From: Edaphobacter aggregans
Lineage (GTDB): Bacteria; Acidobacteriota; Terriglobia; Terriglobales; Acidobacteriaceae
Direction of reading: 5' to 3'
Length of the DNA: 32,000 nucleotides
Assembly (NCBI RefSeq): GCF_003945235.1
Contig: NZ_RSDW01000001.1
Coordinates: forward strand, 1,890,001 to 1,922,000
Shown here: positions 8,904 to 18,186 of the stretch, piece by piece
How positions within the stretch are numbered: position 1 is the first letter of the stretch
How the letters are laid out: each line of letters begins with the position of its first letter
Notes under the pieces: generated by a model
Told to the model about the DNA's origin: nothing
What the model saw: the letters and a program-made list of their open reading frames with translations, nothing else
The model's database searches: none
Program-made: the position numbers and the translations under genes

Positions 8904-11729
8904 CTAAGAAGTTGCAGGGCCGGATGGGGATTGTTTTTTTGTTACCTGGGAGATATACCTTGGGTCCTTACGAATGTCTTTGAGGTCGACAGCCAGGTTC
9001 ACTTCGGCGGGAGACAGGCCTCGATCCATACAGGTGAGAAGTAGTTTGGTTGCATCCTCTTTTTTGCCGAGCACAGCGAGCGTCTGCACTTTCATGAATT
9101 GGGATTCGACATCGATTGCGCCCCGGCTTTCCGCGTTCGCCATGTCTGTTGCGGCTCCCGCGGCGTCGCCTATTTTGGCGTGATAGAACGCGAGAGTCAT
9201 CCAGCCTGGACCGCTGTGAGGATTGTTCTTGAGTACCTGCGCCATCGAATTTGCGGCCTTTGTGTAGTTCTCCCGTACCTGAGCCGGCTGGCCCAGCATC
9301 GTGTAACAGTCCCCGATATTTCGCCAAATAAGGTGATTTTTAGGGCGAAGCTGTGCGGCTTGGTTGTAGTTGTTGAGAGCGCCTTTGTAGTCGCCGTCGC
9401 CGAAGGCAATGTCGCCGAGAACAAGACGAGCGGTGTAGTTGTTACTGCGCCGGATGCTTTCTTCCGCAGCCTCCTTGGCTTCGTTACGCTTGCCCATCGC
9501 AATGTACATATTGCCGAGGTTGGCCATTGGCAGCGCCACATCGGGGGCGGACATGGCTGCTGCATCGAAGGCATCGGCTGCCTGTTGATACTTTGCCTGC
9601 CGGAAGAGCATCAAGCCTAGATCGTTATTGGCGAACCAGTAGTTGGGGCGCTCTTTGAGAATCTCCCGATAGGTTTGTTCCGCCTCGGGCAAGTGGTTCA
9701 GGTCGCGCAATGCGTGCGCCCTGTAGAGCATGATCTCGGGATTGCCGGGATCGGCTTTGAGAGCCTTGACGAAGTAATCCATCGCCTGGTTGGTGTCGTC
9801 AGAGTAGAGATAGACGAGTCCGCGGCTGAAGAGTCCTTTGGCTGAATCGCCGGCCTTTTCTGCGTTCTGACGTGCGAGAGTAAGGAGAGCCGAATCATGC
9901 ACGATGTAGTATTTGCGGATATACGCGATGGCCAGTTTGGCGTAGCCCAGGCGGAAGTTCGGATCCTTTTCGAGGCATTCGCTGTATTTGAGAATCGCCG
10001 CGTCGACGCCGGTATTGTTGGGCTGATTGGCAAATTGCTCGGCCTGACTAAACGAGGAAAAAACATCCGCGGAGACGTTCCGTAGCTCATCTGCGTCTTT
10101 GGGCGATTTTTCCTGTTCAGACAGATCAAGGAGTCTGGCTGCTGCTGCCGATCCTTTTTCGGGGAGGGTACTCAACTGCGCGCGGCTGGATGAGACGTGC
10201 TGTCTGCGAAGGAGGTGTTGAGTTGCGGCATCCAACACCTGAAGGAGGAGTGTGACTTTGGTTGCAGTGGCTTGAAGTGAGGCTGCCAGCACGAGGTTGG
10301 CACCCAGGGCGTTTACGGATTCGGCCGGCGTAGTCGGCAAACCGGTGGGACTCGGGAGATCGTTGGAGGTGATGATCAGGAGGTTTTTGACGTAGGCCTC
10401 GGCGCGGGCGAGGCGGCTACGGATAGAGCCGAGGACAGTAGAGACGATGGGCTCCGATTCGCTGCTGGCGGTTGGCCACGCCATGAGGGCAACGAAGCGC
10501 TTCTCCGGGAGCGGATGTATCCACAGGTCGATCTTTGGCCACTCGAACCAGATGCCTCCAGCGGCGGCGAGGGACGCACCGGTCCCCATCTCAATCATGT
10601 GTCGGCGCGTAATGGAGCGTTTTGTCGTGACCTTCGGAGAGGAGGAATCGAGGGCGGTCAGAGCATCCGGAATCGTCTGATAGCGAGACGAAATATCAGG
10701 TTCGAGGCAGCCTCGAATAAGCTGTTGCCACTCTGGCGGGAGTGTCTCGAATGCACTGTTCTGTGCAGGTTGCAGTCCCTTCCCTACGTTGATGGGCGGC
10801 AATGTGCCAACTAACATTTCGTAGGCAACGACGCCGAAGGCATAGACGTCAGTCGTCTTCGATGGGGGCTCTCCGCGGAAAAGCTCCGGAGCCATATAGG
10901 CCGGTGTTCCAGCCACGCCAAAGGAGGTCTGGGTATAGTCTTCGGCTAGATTGGCATGGGCCAGGCCGAAGTCCATGACGCAGACACGGACCTGTTCGCC
11001 GGAGCCGTCCAACATAATGTTGGAGGCTTTGATGTCGCGGTGAAGGATTCCGGCATCGTGGATGGCAGCCAAGGCTGTCGCCACCTGCTTGATGATCGAA
11101 GTGGCTTCGGGCAGGTCGATTCGTCCCTGTCTGCTTATTCTGGAGGCCAGGGTTTCGCCGGACAGGAGCTTCATCGTCAGGAAGTTGAGCTGGCCTTTTC
11201 GCAACTGGACGTGAAAGATGTCGTAGATAGGACAAAGATTCGGATGGATGACTTCGCGGGCGAGCAGGACCTCCCGCTCGAAGCGCCTTTGCATAGAAGG
11301 CTTGCCCGCGACTTGTGGGAGCACCGTCTTCAAAGCGAGACGAACACCTTGCAGGTGGAGGTCCTCGACTTCGTAGACCTCCCCCATTCCACCTTTTGCA
11401 ATAAAGCGAATGACAAGGAATCGGTCTCCCAGGATATCGCCTGGGGAGATTCGAATTGCTGGTGCGGATGCTATGGCTTCATCAATCTCTTCGAAGCCCT
11501 TTGTTTCGTCACTTTGAAGAGGAGTAGGCCTCAATTTTTCCTGGAGACCAGGCGGTGGATGTTGAAGAAAGCTTCCAGCTTGCTCATCCCTGATAAGGAG
11601 GGAGTCGACCGAACGCCTGAGTTCCAGATTGTCGCCGCATGCTCGATCGAGATAGGCACGCCGCTCTGCAGGATCCATTGCGAGGGCGGCATCGAACAAC
11701 TGCTCGACTAACTCTTGCTGATCAGCCAT
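8904..11729 (-). CDS. Ser/Thr protein kinase with a transmembrane segment and a C-terminal TPR-repeat domain
   Basis: 941 aa. Hanks-type kinase motifs are present: GKGGMGEVY, LALK, HRDIKASNIML, DFG and APE. One central hydrophobic segment (GTGASLAAAGGIWF) is followed by multiple TPR-like repeats (for example AxxxYxxALxxxPxxxxA patterns). Confidence 0.92.
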   Translation of the reverse strand: MADQQELVEQLFDAALAMDPAERRAYLDRACGDNLELRRSVDSLLIRDEQAGSFLQHPPPGLQEKLRPTPLQSDETKGFEEIDEAIASAPAIRISPGDILGDRFLVIRFIAKGGMGEVYEVEDLHLQGVRLALKTVLPQVAGKPSMQRRFEREVLLAREVIHPNLCPIYDIFHVQLRKGQLNFLTMKLLSGETLASRISRQGRIDLPEATSIIKQVATALAAIHDAGILHRDIKASNIMLDGSGEQVRVCVMDFGLAHANLAEDYTQTSFGVAGTPAYMAPELFRGEPPSKTTDVYAFGVVAYEMLVGTLPPINVGKGLQPAQNSAFETLPPEWQQLIRGCLEPDISSRYQTIPDALTALDSSSPKVTTKRSITRRHMIEMGTGASLAAAGGIWFEWPKIDLWIHPLPEKRFVALMAWPTASSESEPIVSTVLGSIRSRLARAEAYVKNLLIITSNDLPSPTGLPTTPAESVNALGANLVLAASLQATATKVTLLLQVLDAATQHLLRRQHVSSSRAQLSTLPEKGSAAAARLLDLSEQEKSPKDADELRNVSADVFSSFSQAEQFANQPNNTGVDAAILKYSECLEKDPNFRLGYAKLAIAYIRKYYIVHDSALLTLARQNAEKAGDSAKGLFSRGLVYLYSDDTNQAMDYFVKALKADPGNPEIMLYRAHALRDLNHLPEAEQTYREILKERPNYWFANNDLGLMLFRQAKYQQAADAFDAAAMSAPDVALPMANLGNMYIAMGKRNEAKEAAEESIRRSNNYTARLVLGDIAFGDGDYKGALNNYNQAAQLRPKNHLIWRNIGDCYTMLGQPAQVRENYTKAANSMAQVLKNNPHSGPGWMTLAFYHAKIGDAAGAATDMANAESRGAIDVESQFMKVQTLAVLGKKEDATKLLLTCMDRGLSPAEVNLAVDLKDIRKDPRYISQVTKKQSPSGPATS

Positions 11730-11995
11730 AATCCCGCTCCAACGAGGCTCCCGGGTAATACGGAGGATCTGTGCCGAGGATAGACTGTGTGGCTAACAGA
11801 CCCTGGTCGTACGCGGCCCGTTTCGCTTAGTTCATCACACCGAACGATAGATAGAATCCGGAGTTTTGGTCAGGACAACTTCGGAAAGCCTCTGTTTCGG
11901 TGAATTTAGCTAACATCCATCCGCCACTGCTAAGAGTGATATAGAGCTTATACGAGTCGAGGCATCGTATCAGGAAATTTTATTTTTGGGGAAGA

Positions 11996-12991
11996 TTATT
12001 CGAGGAGAGAGTCGATAAAGGTTGTGCTGTCAAAGGGGATAAGGTCTTCGATCTTTTCGCCTACCCCGGCGTAGATGACGGGGAGTTTGAGTTCGGTGGC
12101 GATGGCGAGGACAATGCCTCCCTTGGCGGTGCCGTCGAGTTTGGTGAGGACGATGCCGGTGACGCGGGCGGCTTCGGTGAAGAGGCGGGCCTGCTGGAGG
12201 CCGTTTTGGCCAGTGGTAGCGTCCATGACGAGGAAGGTTTGATGCGGGGCGCCCGGGACGAGCTTTTCGGCGGTGCGGCGCATCTTGTCGAGCTCTTTCA
12301 TGAGGTCGGACTTGGTGTGGAGGCGGCCAGCGGTGTCGGCGATGAGGATGTCGGTGTTGCGAGCCTTGGCGGCGATGCAGGCGTCGTAGAGTGCGGCTGA
12401 AGGGTCTCCGCCCTGCTTGGTTTTGATGATGGGGACGTCGGAGCGCTGGGCCCAGACTTCGAGCTGCTCGATGGCGGCGGCACGGAAGGTGTCGGCGGCG
12501 CAGAGGAGGACGGTCTTGTTTTGAGAGCGGAAGAGAGCGGCTAGCTTACCGGTGGTGGTGGTCTTGCCGGTGCCGTTGACGCCTACCATCAGGATGACTT
12601 CGGGCGGAGTGGAGGGGTGTTGAATGGGATGGGCTACGCCGTCGAGGATCTGCTTGAGCTCCTGCTTGAGAAGCTGCTTGAGTTCGGCTCCGCTTTGGAT
12701 GCCGGTACGGAGGGCGCGCTGGCGGAGGTTCTCCATGATGATGGCGGTGGTGGCGCTGCCGATATCGGCGGCGAGGAGGAGCGGCTCCAGGCTGGTGAGG
12801 GAGGCTTCGTCGACCTCGCGGGTGAGCGCGATGACGGAGCTGATCGACTCGGAGAAGGTCTCGCGGGTGCGGGTGACCGCCTGCTTCATGCGGTCGAAGA
12901 GGCCGAGCTTCGGCGTGGACTCCGGGGTGAGAGATTCGGACTCGGCTGGTTCGGGTTTGTCGCGTTTTCCGAAGAGAGAAGAAAAGACCAT
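11996..12991 (-). CDS. ftsY: Signal recognition particle receptor FtsY
   Basis: 331 aa. SRP-GTPase motifs are present: [10 protein letters not shown] (G1), DTAGRL (G3) and [10 protein letters not shown] (G4). The N-terminal region is acidic. Confidence 0.95.
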   Translation of the reverse strand: MVFSSLFGKRDKPEPAESESLTPESTPKLGLFDRMKQAVTRTRETFSESISSVIALTREVDEASLTSLEPLLLAADIGSATTAIIMENLRQRALRTGIQSGAELKQLLKQELKQILDGVAHPIQHPSTPPEVILMVGVNGTGKTTTTGKLAALFRSQNKTVLLCAADTFRAAAIEQLEVWAQRSDVPIIKTKQGGDPSAALYDACIAAKARNTDILIADTAGRLHTKSDLMKELDKMRRTAEKLVPGAPHQTFLVMDATTGQNGLQQARLFTEAARVTGIVLTKLDGTAKGGIVLAIATELKLPVIYAGVGEKIEDLIPFDSTTFIDSLLE

Positions 12992-13050
12992 GCTGAGTCT
13001 AGTTTATCGGATTGGGCGGAATAGCATTCGCGGAGCCTTCAATCTGCGGG

Positions 13051-13224
13051 TCAATAGCCTGCGCGAGCGATGAGAAGCAGGTAGATGATGAGGATGGCGA
13101 CCAGAAATAAGGCTCCAATGACGACATGGAGAGGTTTGAAGCCAAGGATGCGTTTTTCACGAGGCAGATCGGGCGGCGGGATGTGGTCTTCGTCGTGATG
13201 GTGTCCGTGATTGGGTTCGGGCAT
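13051..13224 (-). CDS. Possible small (57 aa) His-rich membrane protein
   Basis: From the ATG at 13224 the product is MPEPNHGHHHDEDHIPPPDLPREKRILGFKPLHVVIGALFLVAILIIYLLLIARAGY, with one clear C-terminal TM helix. It lies 59 nt upstream of ftsY on the same strand. No good SD is present. The longer TTG-initiated version (13278) looks non-coding. Confidence 0.4.
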   Translation of the reverse strand: MPEPNHGHHHDEDHIPPPDLPREKRILGFKPLHVVIGALFLVAILIIYLLLIARAGY

Positions 13225-13391
13225 GGATACAAGGTAGTCCTGAATACACGATATGGGCAGGAAAAAGTGATTTTGCAATCTAGCAGTTGTCAGGCGATGC
13301 GGTGTATCTTGGCGCGCATGACAAAGGTGGAGCTAAACTGTCAACGGCCAAGACCTCGCCCATAACATCTTCATCGACAAGGAATCGGAAC

Positions 13392-14504
13392 ATGCGTCTC
13401 GCCTCAATCACCCTTCTGCTTTCGTTCGCCCTCGCCGCCCCCGCCCAAACTATGTCCTCCGGTCAGCCCTCGGCCCCTGCCCAAAAGTGGCCCACCAAAG
13501 ACAACGTCTACGTCATCAAGAATTTCAAGTTCGGCACCGGCGAATCCCTCCCCGAGCTCACCCTCCACTACCTCACGCTCGGCTCCCCGCACCGCAACGC
13601 AGCCGGACACGTCGATAACGCCATCCTTCTCCTCCACGGCACCGGCGGCGACCGCCACACCCTGATGAACCCCGTCTTCTCCAACGTTCTCTTCGGTCCC
13701 GGCCAGCCCTTCGACATCACCAAATACTTCCTCATCCTCCCCGACGACATCGGCCAGGGCGACTCCTCCAAGCCCTCCGACGGCCTCCACATGAAGTTCC
13801 CCCAGTACGACTACGACGACATGGTCCGCTCGCAATACATCATGCTCACCGAGGGCATGCACGTCGACCACCTCCGTCTCATTCTCGGCACCTCCATGGG
13901 CTGCATGCAATCCTGGGTCTGGGGCGAAACCTACCCCACCTTCATGGACGGCCTCGCCCCCTTCGCCTGCTACCCAGTCGAACTCGCCGGGCGTAACCGC
14001 ATGACCCGCTACATCGCCATCACGAGCATCGAGAACGACCCCGCCTGGAAGGGTGGCGACTACACCACCCAGCCCGCTGAAGGCCTCCGCGGAGCCGCAG
14101 CCATGCTCCTCGTCATGGGCTCCGCCCCCCTCCAGATGCAGAAGAATTACCCCACCCGCGCTCAGGCTGAAAAGTACGTCGACGACTACATGACCCGCGC
14201 CATCGCCCACACCGACGCTAACAACCTCATCTACTACGTCAACGCCTCGCGCAACTACAACCCCGAGCCCAAACTCTCCACCATCGTCGCCCCCGCCCTC
14301 TGGATCAACTCAGCTGACGACTTCATCAACCCACCCGAGCTAGGCGAAAAGATCATCAACGACCGCGTCCTCCCCAAGATGCCCAAGACAAAATTCATCC
14401 TCATCCCCATCTCCGACGCCACCCGAGGCCACGGCACCCACACGGTCGCCACCATCTGGAAGCAATACCTCATCGACTTCATGGCCGAAACCGAACCCAA
14501 ATAA
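13392..14504 (+). CDS. Secreted alpha/beta-fold hydrolase of the MetX (homoserine O-acetyltransferase)-like family
   Basis: Start chosen at ATG 13392 (AAGGA 9 nt upstream), which gives the signal peptide MRLASITLLLSFALAAPAQT. It has a nucleophile elbow GTSMG within LILGTSMGCMQSWVWGETYP, a LLLHGTGGD motif and an FLILPDDIGQGDSSKPS motif. Confidence 0.85.
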   Translation: MRLASITLLLSFALAAPAQTMSSGQPSAPAQKWPTKDNVYVIKNFKFGTGESLPELTLHYLTLGSPHRNAAGHVDNAILLLHGTGGDRHTLMNPVFSNVLFGPGQPFDITKYFLILPDDIGQGDSSKPSDGLHMKFPQYDYDDMVRSQYIMLTEGMHVDHLRLILGTSMGCMQSWVWGETYPTFMDGLAPFACYPVELAGRNRMTRYIAITSIENDPAWKGGDYTTQPAEGLRGAAAMLLVMGSAPLQMQKNYPTRAQAEKYVDDYMTRAIAHTDANNLIYYVNASRNYNPEPKLSTIVAPALWINSADDFINPPELGEKIINDRVLPKMPKTKFILIPISDATRGHGTHTVATIWKQYLIDFMAETEPK

Positions 14505-14521
14505 GCCACTCATTCCCCGAC

Positions 14522-14564
14522 AAAAAAAGAAGCGACGGCATCGCGACCGTCGCTCTTTTCTTTT
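14522..14564. terminator. Bidirectional intrinsic terminator between convergent genes
   Basis: An 8-bp stem pairs AGCGACGG (14531-14538) with CCGTCGCT (14547-14554) around an 8-nt loop. An A-run (14522-14528) lies upstream and TTTTCTTTT (14556-14564) downstream. Confidence 0.8.
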
Positions 14565-14574
14565 CGGTACGGAC

Positions 14575-16008
14575 TCAACTTCCAGGAGCAATCGCCAGAT
14601 ATTGCTCAAGCTTCCCATCCGGCTCCTCAAACACCAGGATGCGCACCGACCTCCCCGGAAACTCAGCCGTAAACACCCGGAACACCATCCCGCCACGCTT
14701 TGACGTCGAAACCTGCTTGAAGCTGGTCGGCGTACCCAGCGGCTTCAGGCTCGAGGCAAAATCATCCAGCGCCTCCTGCGTAAAATAATCACTCGCTAGC
14801 TGCGTCAACTGCGACCGGTCGATCTTCCCCTCCTGCAGGCCAGTGAAGATCGCCAATGCCCGCGCCTCCGCAGCTTTTGTTGCAGGGGAGTCATCGACAG
14901 CAGTGGCAGAAGCACTAGCAAGCACCAGAGGCACAATCTGGTGAACCAGGGTACCCGCCGCACTGGAAGCGTCCTCGTTCGTCAGCACCGTTACAGCGAT
15001 TTTGTCGTTTGGAAGAACCATATTCGCTGAGACAAAACCCGACACTTCACCATCATGGAACACAGTGCGATGTCCATCGTGATCTCCAACGAACACACCC
15101 AACCCATACTTGCTGCCTGTGCCGTCCTTCAGCTTCACCTCGGTGAACATCTCGTCGTACGAAGCCGGAGCCAGCAGCGACCGATTCATCAGACTGATGT
15201 TCCACAACGCAAGATCGCTCGCCGGCATCGCCAACTCACCCGCGGCAAACATCCAGCCCCTCCCCTCCTGCGGTGCTGGACGCAGCGGCCCCAGCGCATG
15301 CTGGTAGTACCCTGTAGGATCGTTCGCCGGCAGCCTGCTCGCATCCGAATTAAAAACTCCCGTCATCTTCAACGGTTTGAAGATTCGCTCCTGCAATTGC
15401 TCAATCAGCGGCTTGCCTCCAACGATCTCCCCAATCCGTCCTGCAATCACATAGTTCGTATTCGAGTACTGCCATTGCGTGCCCGGCTCAAAGTCCAGCG
15501 GCTTCTTTCCCCACACATCCAGAATCTGTTGCGGCGTAGTGGGCTTCATCATCGAGGTCATCACATAGTCTTCAGGCCAGAAGTCCTGATACCCCGACGT
15601 CATCGACAACACCTGCCGCACCGTCACCTCATTGGCCCGCGTCAACCCCGGCAGAAACTTCCCCACCGGATCATCCAGCGTCACCTTGCCTTCCTGCACG
15701 AGAAACAAAATCAGCGCCGCCGTGAACTGCTTGCTGATCGACCCAATCGAATACTGCATCGACGGATCAGCCGCTATCGGAGGCTCCAGCCGCGCCATCC
15801 CATAGGCCTTCACATACGCAATCTTCCCATCCTTCACCACCGCGACGGACGCGCTGGGCACACCCGATTTCTCGAGCACCTTCTTCGCAGCAGCATCAAT
15901 CTGGCCCGCCGTAGCCGTCGACAAAGAGTTCTGAGCCACGCAAGGCAACACTGCCATCGCACACGCCAACCCCAAAACACCCGCGGTCCTTACAGTCAAA
16001 TTTGTCAT
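14575..16008 (-). CDS. Secreted serine hydrolase of the beta-lactamase / penicillin-binding (class C-like) family
   Basis: The S-x-x-K motif (SISK in SIGSISKQFTA) and the Y-x-N motif (YSN) are present. Start chosen at ATG 16008 because it gives a canonical signal peptide (MTNLTVRTAGVLGLACAMAVLPCVAQ). The ORF remains open up to 16068. Confidence 0.85.
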   Translation of the reverse strand: MTNLTVRTAGVLGLACAMAVLPCVAQNSLSTATAGQIDAAAKKVLEKSGVPSASVAVVKDGKIAYVKAYGMARLEPPIAADPSMQYSIGSISKQFTAALILFLVQEGKVTLDDPVGKFLPGLTRANEVTVRQVLSMTSGYQDFWPEDYVMTSMMKPTTPQQILDVWGKKPLDFEPGTQWQYSNTNYVIAGRIGEIVGGKPLIEQLQERIFKPLKMTGVFNSDASRLPANDPTGYYQHALGPLRPAPQEGRGWMFAAGELAMPASDLALWNISLMNRSLLAPASYDEMFTEVKLKDGTGSKYGLGVFVGDHDGHRTVFHDGEVSGFVSANMVLPNDKIAVTVLTNEDASSAAGTLVHQIVPLVLASASATAVDDSPATKAAEARALAIFTGLQEGKIDRSQLTQLASDYFTQEALDDFASSLKPLGTPTSFKQVSTSKRGGMVFRVFTAEFPGRSVRILVFEEPDGKLEQYLAIAPGS

Positions 16009-16145
16009 GCCCGAAAGATTACCAACCCCGCCCCCAAAATGTATCGACATTTCTTTTACCCACTCCACGACTGAATTCCCGTGACGCGCGCACCTCCGTC
16101 AGCGTCCAACCATGTAACACGCGCAGTCGTTGATCGGAGGACCTG

Positions 16146-17114
16146 TTGCTCACACGCCGCCGTTTTCTTCACACAGGCCTTCGCCTCGCCGCGACCTCCA
16201 CATTCGTCCCACATATCTTCGAAGCAGAAGCCTTCCAACCCCCATGGCGTCAACCCGTAGCCTCTTCGCAAACCATCACAGTTGGCAACTCGTCGATCCA
16301 ACTCGACCTGGGCAATGGCAACCTCGATCTCTCACACGACGCCATCACCCTCTGGGTCCGCCGAGCCGTCGAAGCCATCGCCAAATACTACGGCCACTTC
16401 CCCATCTCAGGCGCACGAGTCCTCGTCCTTCCCTCCTCCGGCGGCGGAGTCCACAACGGCACTACCTGGGGCAACGTTGGAGGCTCACCAGCCTTCACCC
16501 GCATCCGCGTCGGCGAACACACAACCTCCGATCAACTCCGCGAAGACTGGATGATGACCCACGAGCTCATCCACACCACCTTCCCCTCGCTCCCCGAAGA
16601 AAACCATTGGCTCGAAGAAGGCACCGCCGTCTACGTCGAACCCATCGCCCGCGTACAAGCGGGTCAGCTCGATCAACAACTCGTCTGGGCCGACATGATC
16701 CACAACATGCCTCAAGGCAATCCGCGTGACGGCGACCGCGGCCTCGACCGCACTCCCACCTGGGCCCGCACCTACTGGGGCGGCGCCGGCTTCTGCCTCC
16801 TCGCCGACGTCGAGCTTCGCAAGCAAACCCGCAATCGCCTCGGCCTGCAACAAGCCCTCCGCGCCATCGCCTCCGCGGGCGGCACCATCGACCACGACTG
16901 GCCCATCGACCGCACCCTGGCTGTCGCCGACAAAGCCACCAGCACCGACGTCCTCACCAAACTCTACAGCCGCATGAGCACCACGCCAGTACCCATCGAC
17001 TTCGATTCCCTCTGGACACAACTCGGCGTCACCCCATCCGGCAACACCGTCATCTTCAACTCCAAAGCGCCACTAGCCGAAATCCGCCAGGCAATCTTCA
17101 CGCCGCTTGCCTGA
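16146..17114 (+). CDS. Tat-signal-bearing putative zinc metallopeptidase (HExxH, gluzincin-like)
   Basis: The TTG start is the first start codon after an in-frame stop and is preceded by GGAGG (16136-16140). The twin-arginine motif is TRRRFLH. HELIH is followed by WLEEG, resembling the HExxH...WLNEG arrangement of gluzincins. Confidence 0.7.
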   Translation: MLTRRRFLHTGLRLAATSTFVPHIFEAEAFQPPWRQPVASSQTITVGNSSIQLDLGNGNLDLSHDAITLWVRRAVEAIAKYYGHFPISGARVLVLPSSGGGVHNGTTWGNVGGSPAFTRIRVGEHTTSDQLREDWMMTHELIHTTFPSLPEENHWLEEGTAVYVEPIARVQAGQLDQQLVWADMIHNMPQGNPRDGDRGLDRTPTWARTYWGGAGFCLLADVELRKQTRNRLGLQQALRAIASAGGTIDHDWPIDRTLAVADKATSTDVLTKLYSRMSTTPVPIDFDSLWTQLGVTPSGNTVIFNSKAPLAEIRQAIFTPLA

Positions 17115-17176
17115 ACGAAGCAAGTGCTCGCGGACGAACTCGACCTCGTCCATCCGCGAGCTTCCCTCTCCATTCC

Positions 17177-17659
17177 TCAGTTGGTCTCAAGCAGCCGTTG
17201 CAGCTTGTCGAGCCCATTCGACCAGCCGTACGAATGTCCCTGATGCGACTCAGCCGTAGCGAATCCTTCATGCACCAGCTTCATCTCCGTTCCGCCTTCA
17301 ACATCCCGCAGCATAACGGTCACCAGCGACTCCTCGTCCGGAGACCAGGTTGCCTTCCACGTAAACGCCACCAGGTCATATGGCTCGACACGAACATATC
17401 TCCCCGTGACGTGACCCGAGCGCTCCACTTCTCCCGGCTTCACAACGCCCCGCGTCGAGATGCTGTACTCCCCATCCACTCGGGTATCCGTATCCGCCTC
17501 AGTGATGGATATCGGCCCCGGCCCAAACCACTGCCGAATCATCTCCGGTCGGGTCCATGCATCGAATACTCTCTGCCGACTCGCCTTGATCACCCGTGTC
17601 ATCTCGACCTTCAACTTCTCTGCCTTCGCCGTCTGATTCTCAACTACGCTTGTCGCCAT
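17177..17659 (-). CDS. SRPBCC-superfamily protein, AHSA1 (activator of Hsp90 ATPase homolog 1-like) family
   Basis: 160 aa. The motif RVFDAWTRPEMIRQWFGPG is typical of the family. AAGGAGAAG lies upstream of the ATG. Confidence 0.85.
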   Translation of the reverse strand: MATSVVENQTAKAEKLKVEMTRVIKASRQRVFDAWTRPEMIRQWFGPGPISITEADTDTRVDGEYSISTRGVVKPGEVERSGHVTGRYVRVEPYDLVAFTWKATWSPDEESLVTVMLRDVEGGTEMKLVHEGFATAESHQGHSYGWSNGLDKLQRLLETN

Positions 17660-17697
17660 CGTCTTCTCCTTTTTTGCTCTCGTCTTTAGTTCACAAC

Positions 17698-18186
17698 TTA
17701 AACCGCAAAAAACGCCTGCAACTTATCCAGCGCACTCTCCCAGCCAGAGGCATGCTGATCGCGCGACGCCTCCGTGAGGAAGCGCTCATGCGTTAGCTTC
17801 AGCTCGGTTCCACCTTCCACGTCCTTTAGCTCGATCGTTACCAGCGATTCCTCCTCCACAATCGTCGGATTCCTCCACGTAAACGCCAGAACGTCGTAAG
17901 GATCCACCCTCGTATAACGGCCGGTCACCAGCGTCTGCCTCTTCTCATCCTGCCGCTCACCGTCTACGCACTCGCCATTCAGCAACAGCCGCCATTCGCC
18001 GCCCACACGCGCATCCATGCCGGCATCAGCAACCGTCATCGTCCCCGGAGTGAACCACAGCCGTATCGTCTCCGGACGAGTCCATGCGTCAAACACCCTC
18101 CGTCGACTCGCCCGAATCACTCGCACCATCTCCAGCTTTATGCCCGCATCAACCCGCTCATCGACCCCGACCAAACTAGTTGCCAT
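17698..18186 (-). CDS. SRPBCC-superfamily protein, AHSA1-like (paralog of 17177-17659)
   Basis: 162 aa with the motif RVFDAWTRPETIRLWFTPG. AAGGAGAGG lies upstream. The start overlaps the arsR stop by 11 nt. Confidence 0.85.
   Translation of the reverse strand: MATSLVGVDERVDAGIKLEMVRVIRASRRRVFDAWTRPETIRLWFTPGTMTVADAGMDARVGGEWRLLLNGECVDGERQDEKRQTLVTGRYTRVDPYDVLAFTWRNPTIVEEESLVTIELKDVEGGTELKLTHERFLTEASRDQHASGWESALDKLQAFFAV

Noticed and set aside
13225-13391. Interpreting the skew switch as the replication origin
   Set aside because: The polarity is wrong for an origin, which should run from C-rich to G-rich along a strand. I saw no DnaA boxes (TTATCCACA-like), no AT-rich unwinding element and no dnaA, dnaN or gyrB genes nearby. 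The minus-strand gene bias on the left does fit an origin, so a whole-replicon skew plot is still needed.
13287-13391. N-terminal extensions offered by the ORF track: 13287-13391, 16009-16068, 24318-24428, 24597-24662 and 27199-27243
   Set aside because: In each case an internal ATG with a better SD yields a canonical signal peptide, lipobox or conserved N terminus. The upstream extension adds a non-conserved basic or polar sequence. The 16009-16068 case is the least certain.
13404-14210. 268-aa - strand ORF
   Set aside because: It is antisense to the alpha/beta hydrolase gene. The translation is a G/V/E/A-rich repetitive shadow frame.
15055-16074. 339-aa + strand ORF
   Set aside because: It is antisense to the serine hydrolase gene. 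The translation is R/H/P/Q-rich and low-complexity with no recognisable motif.
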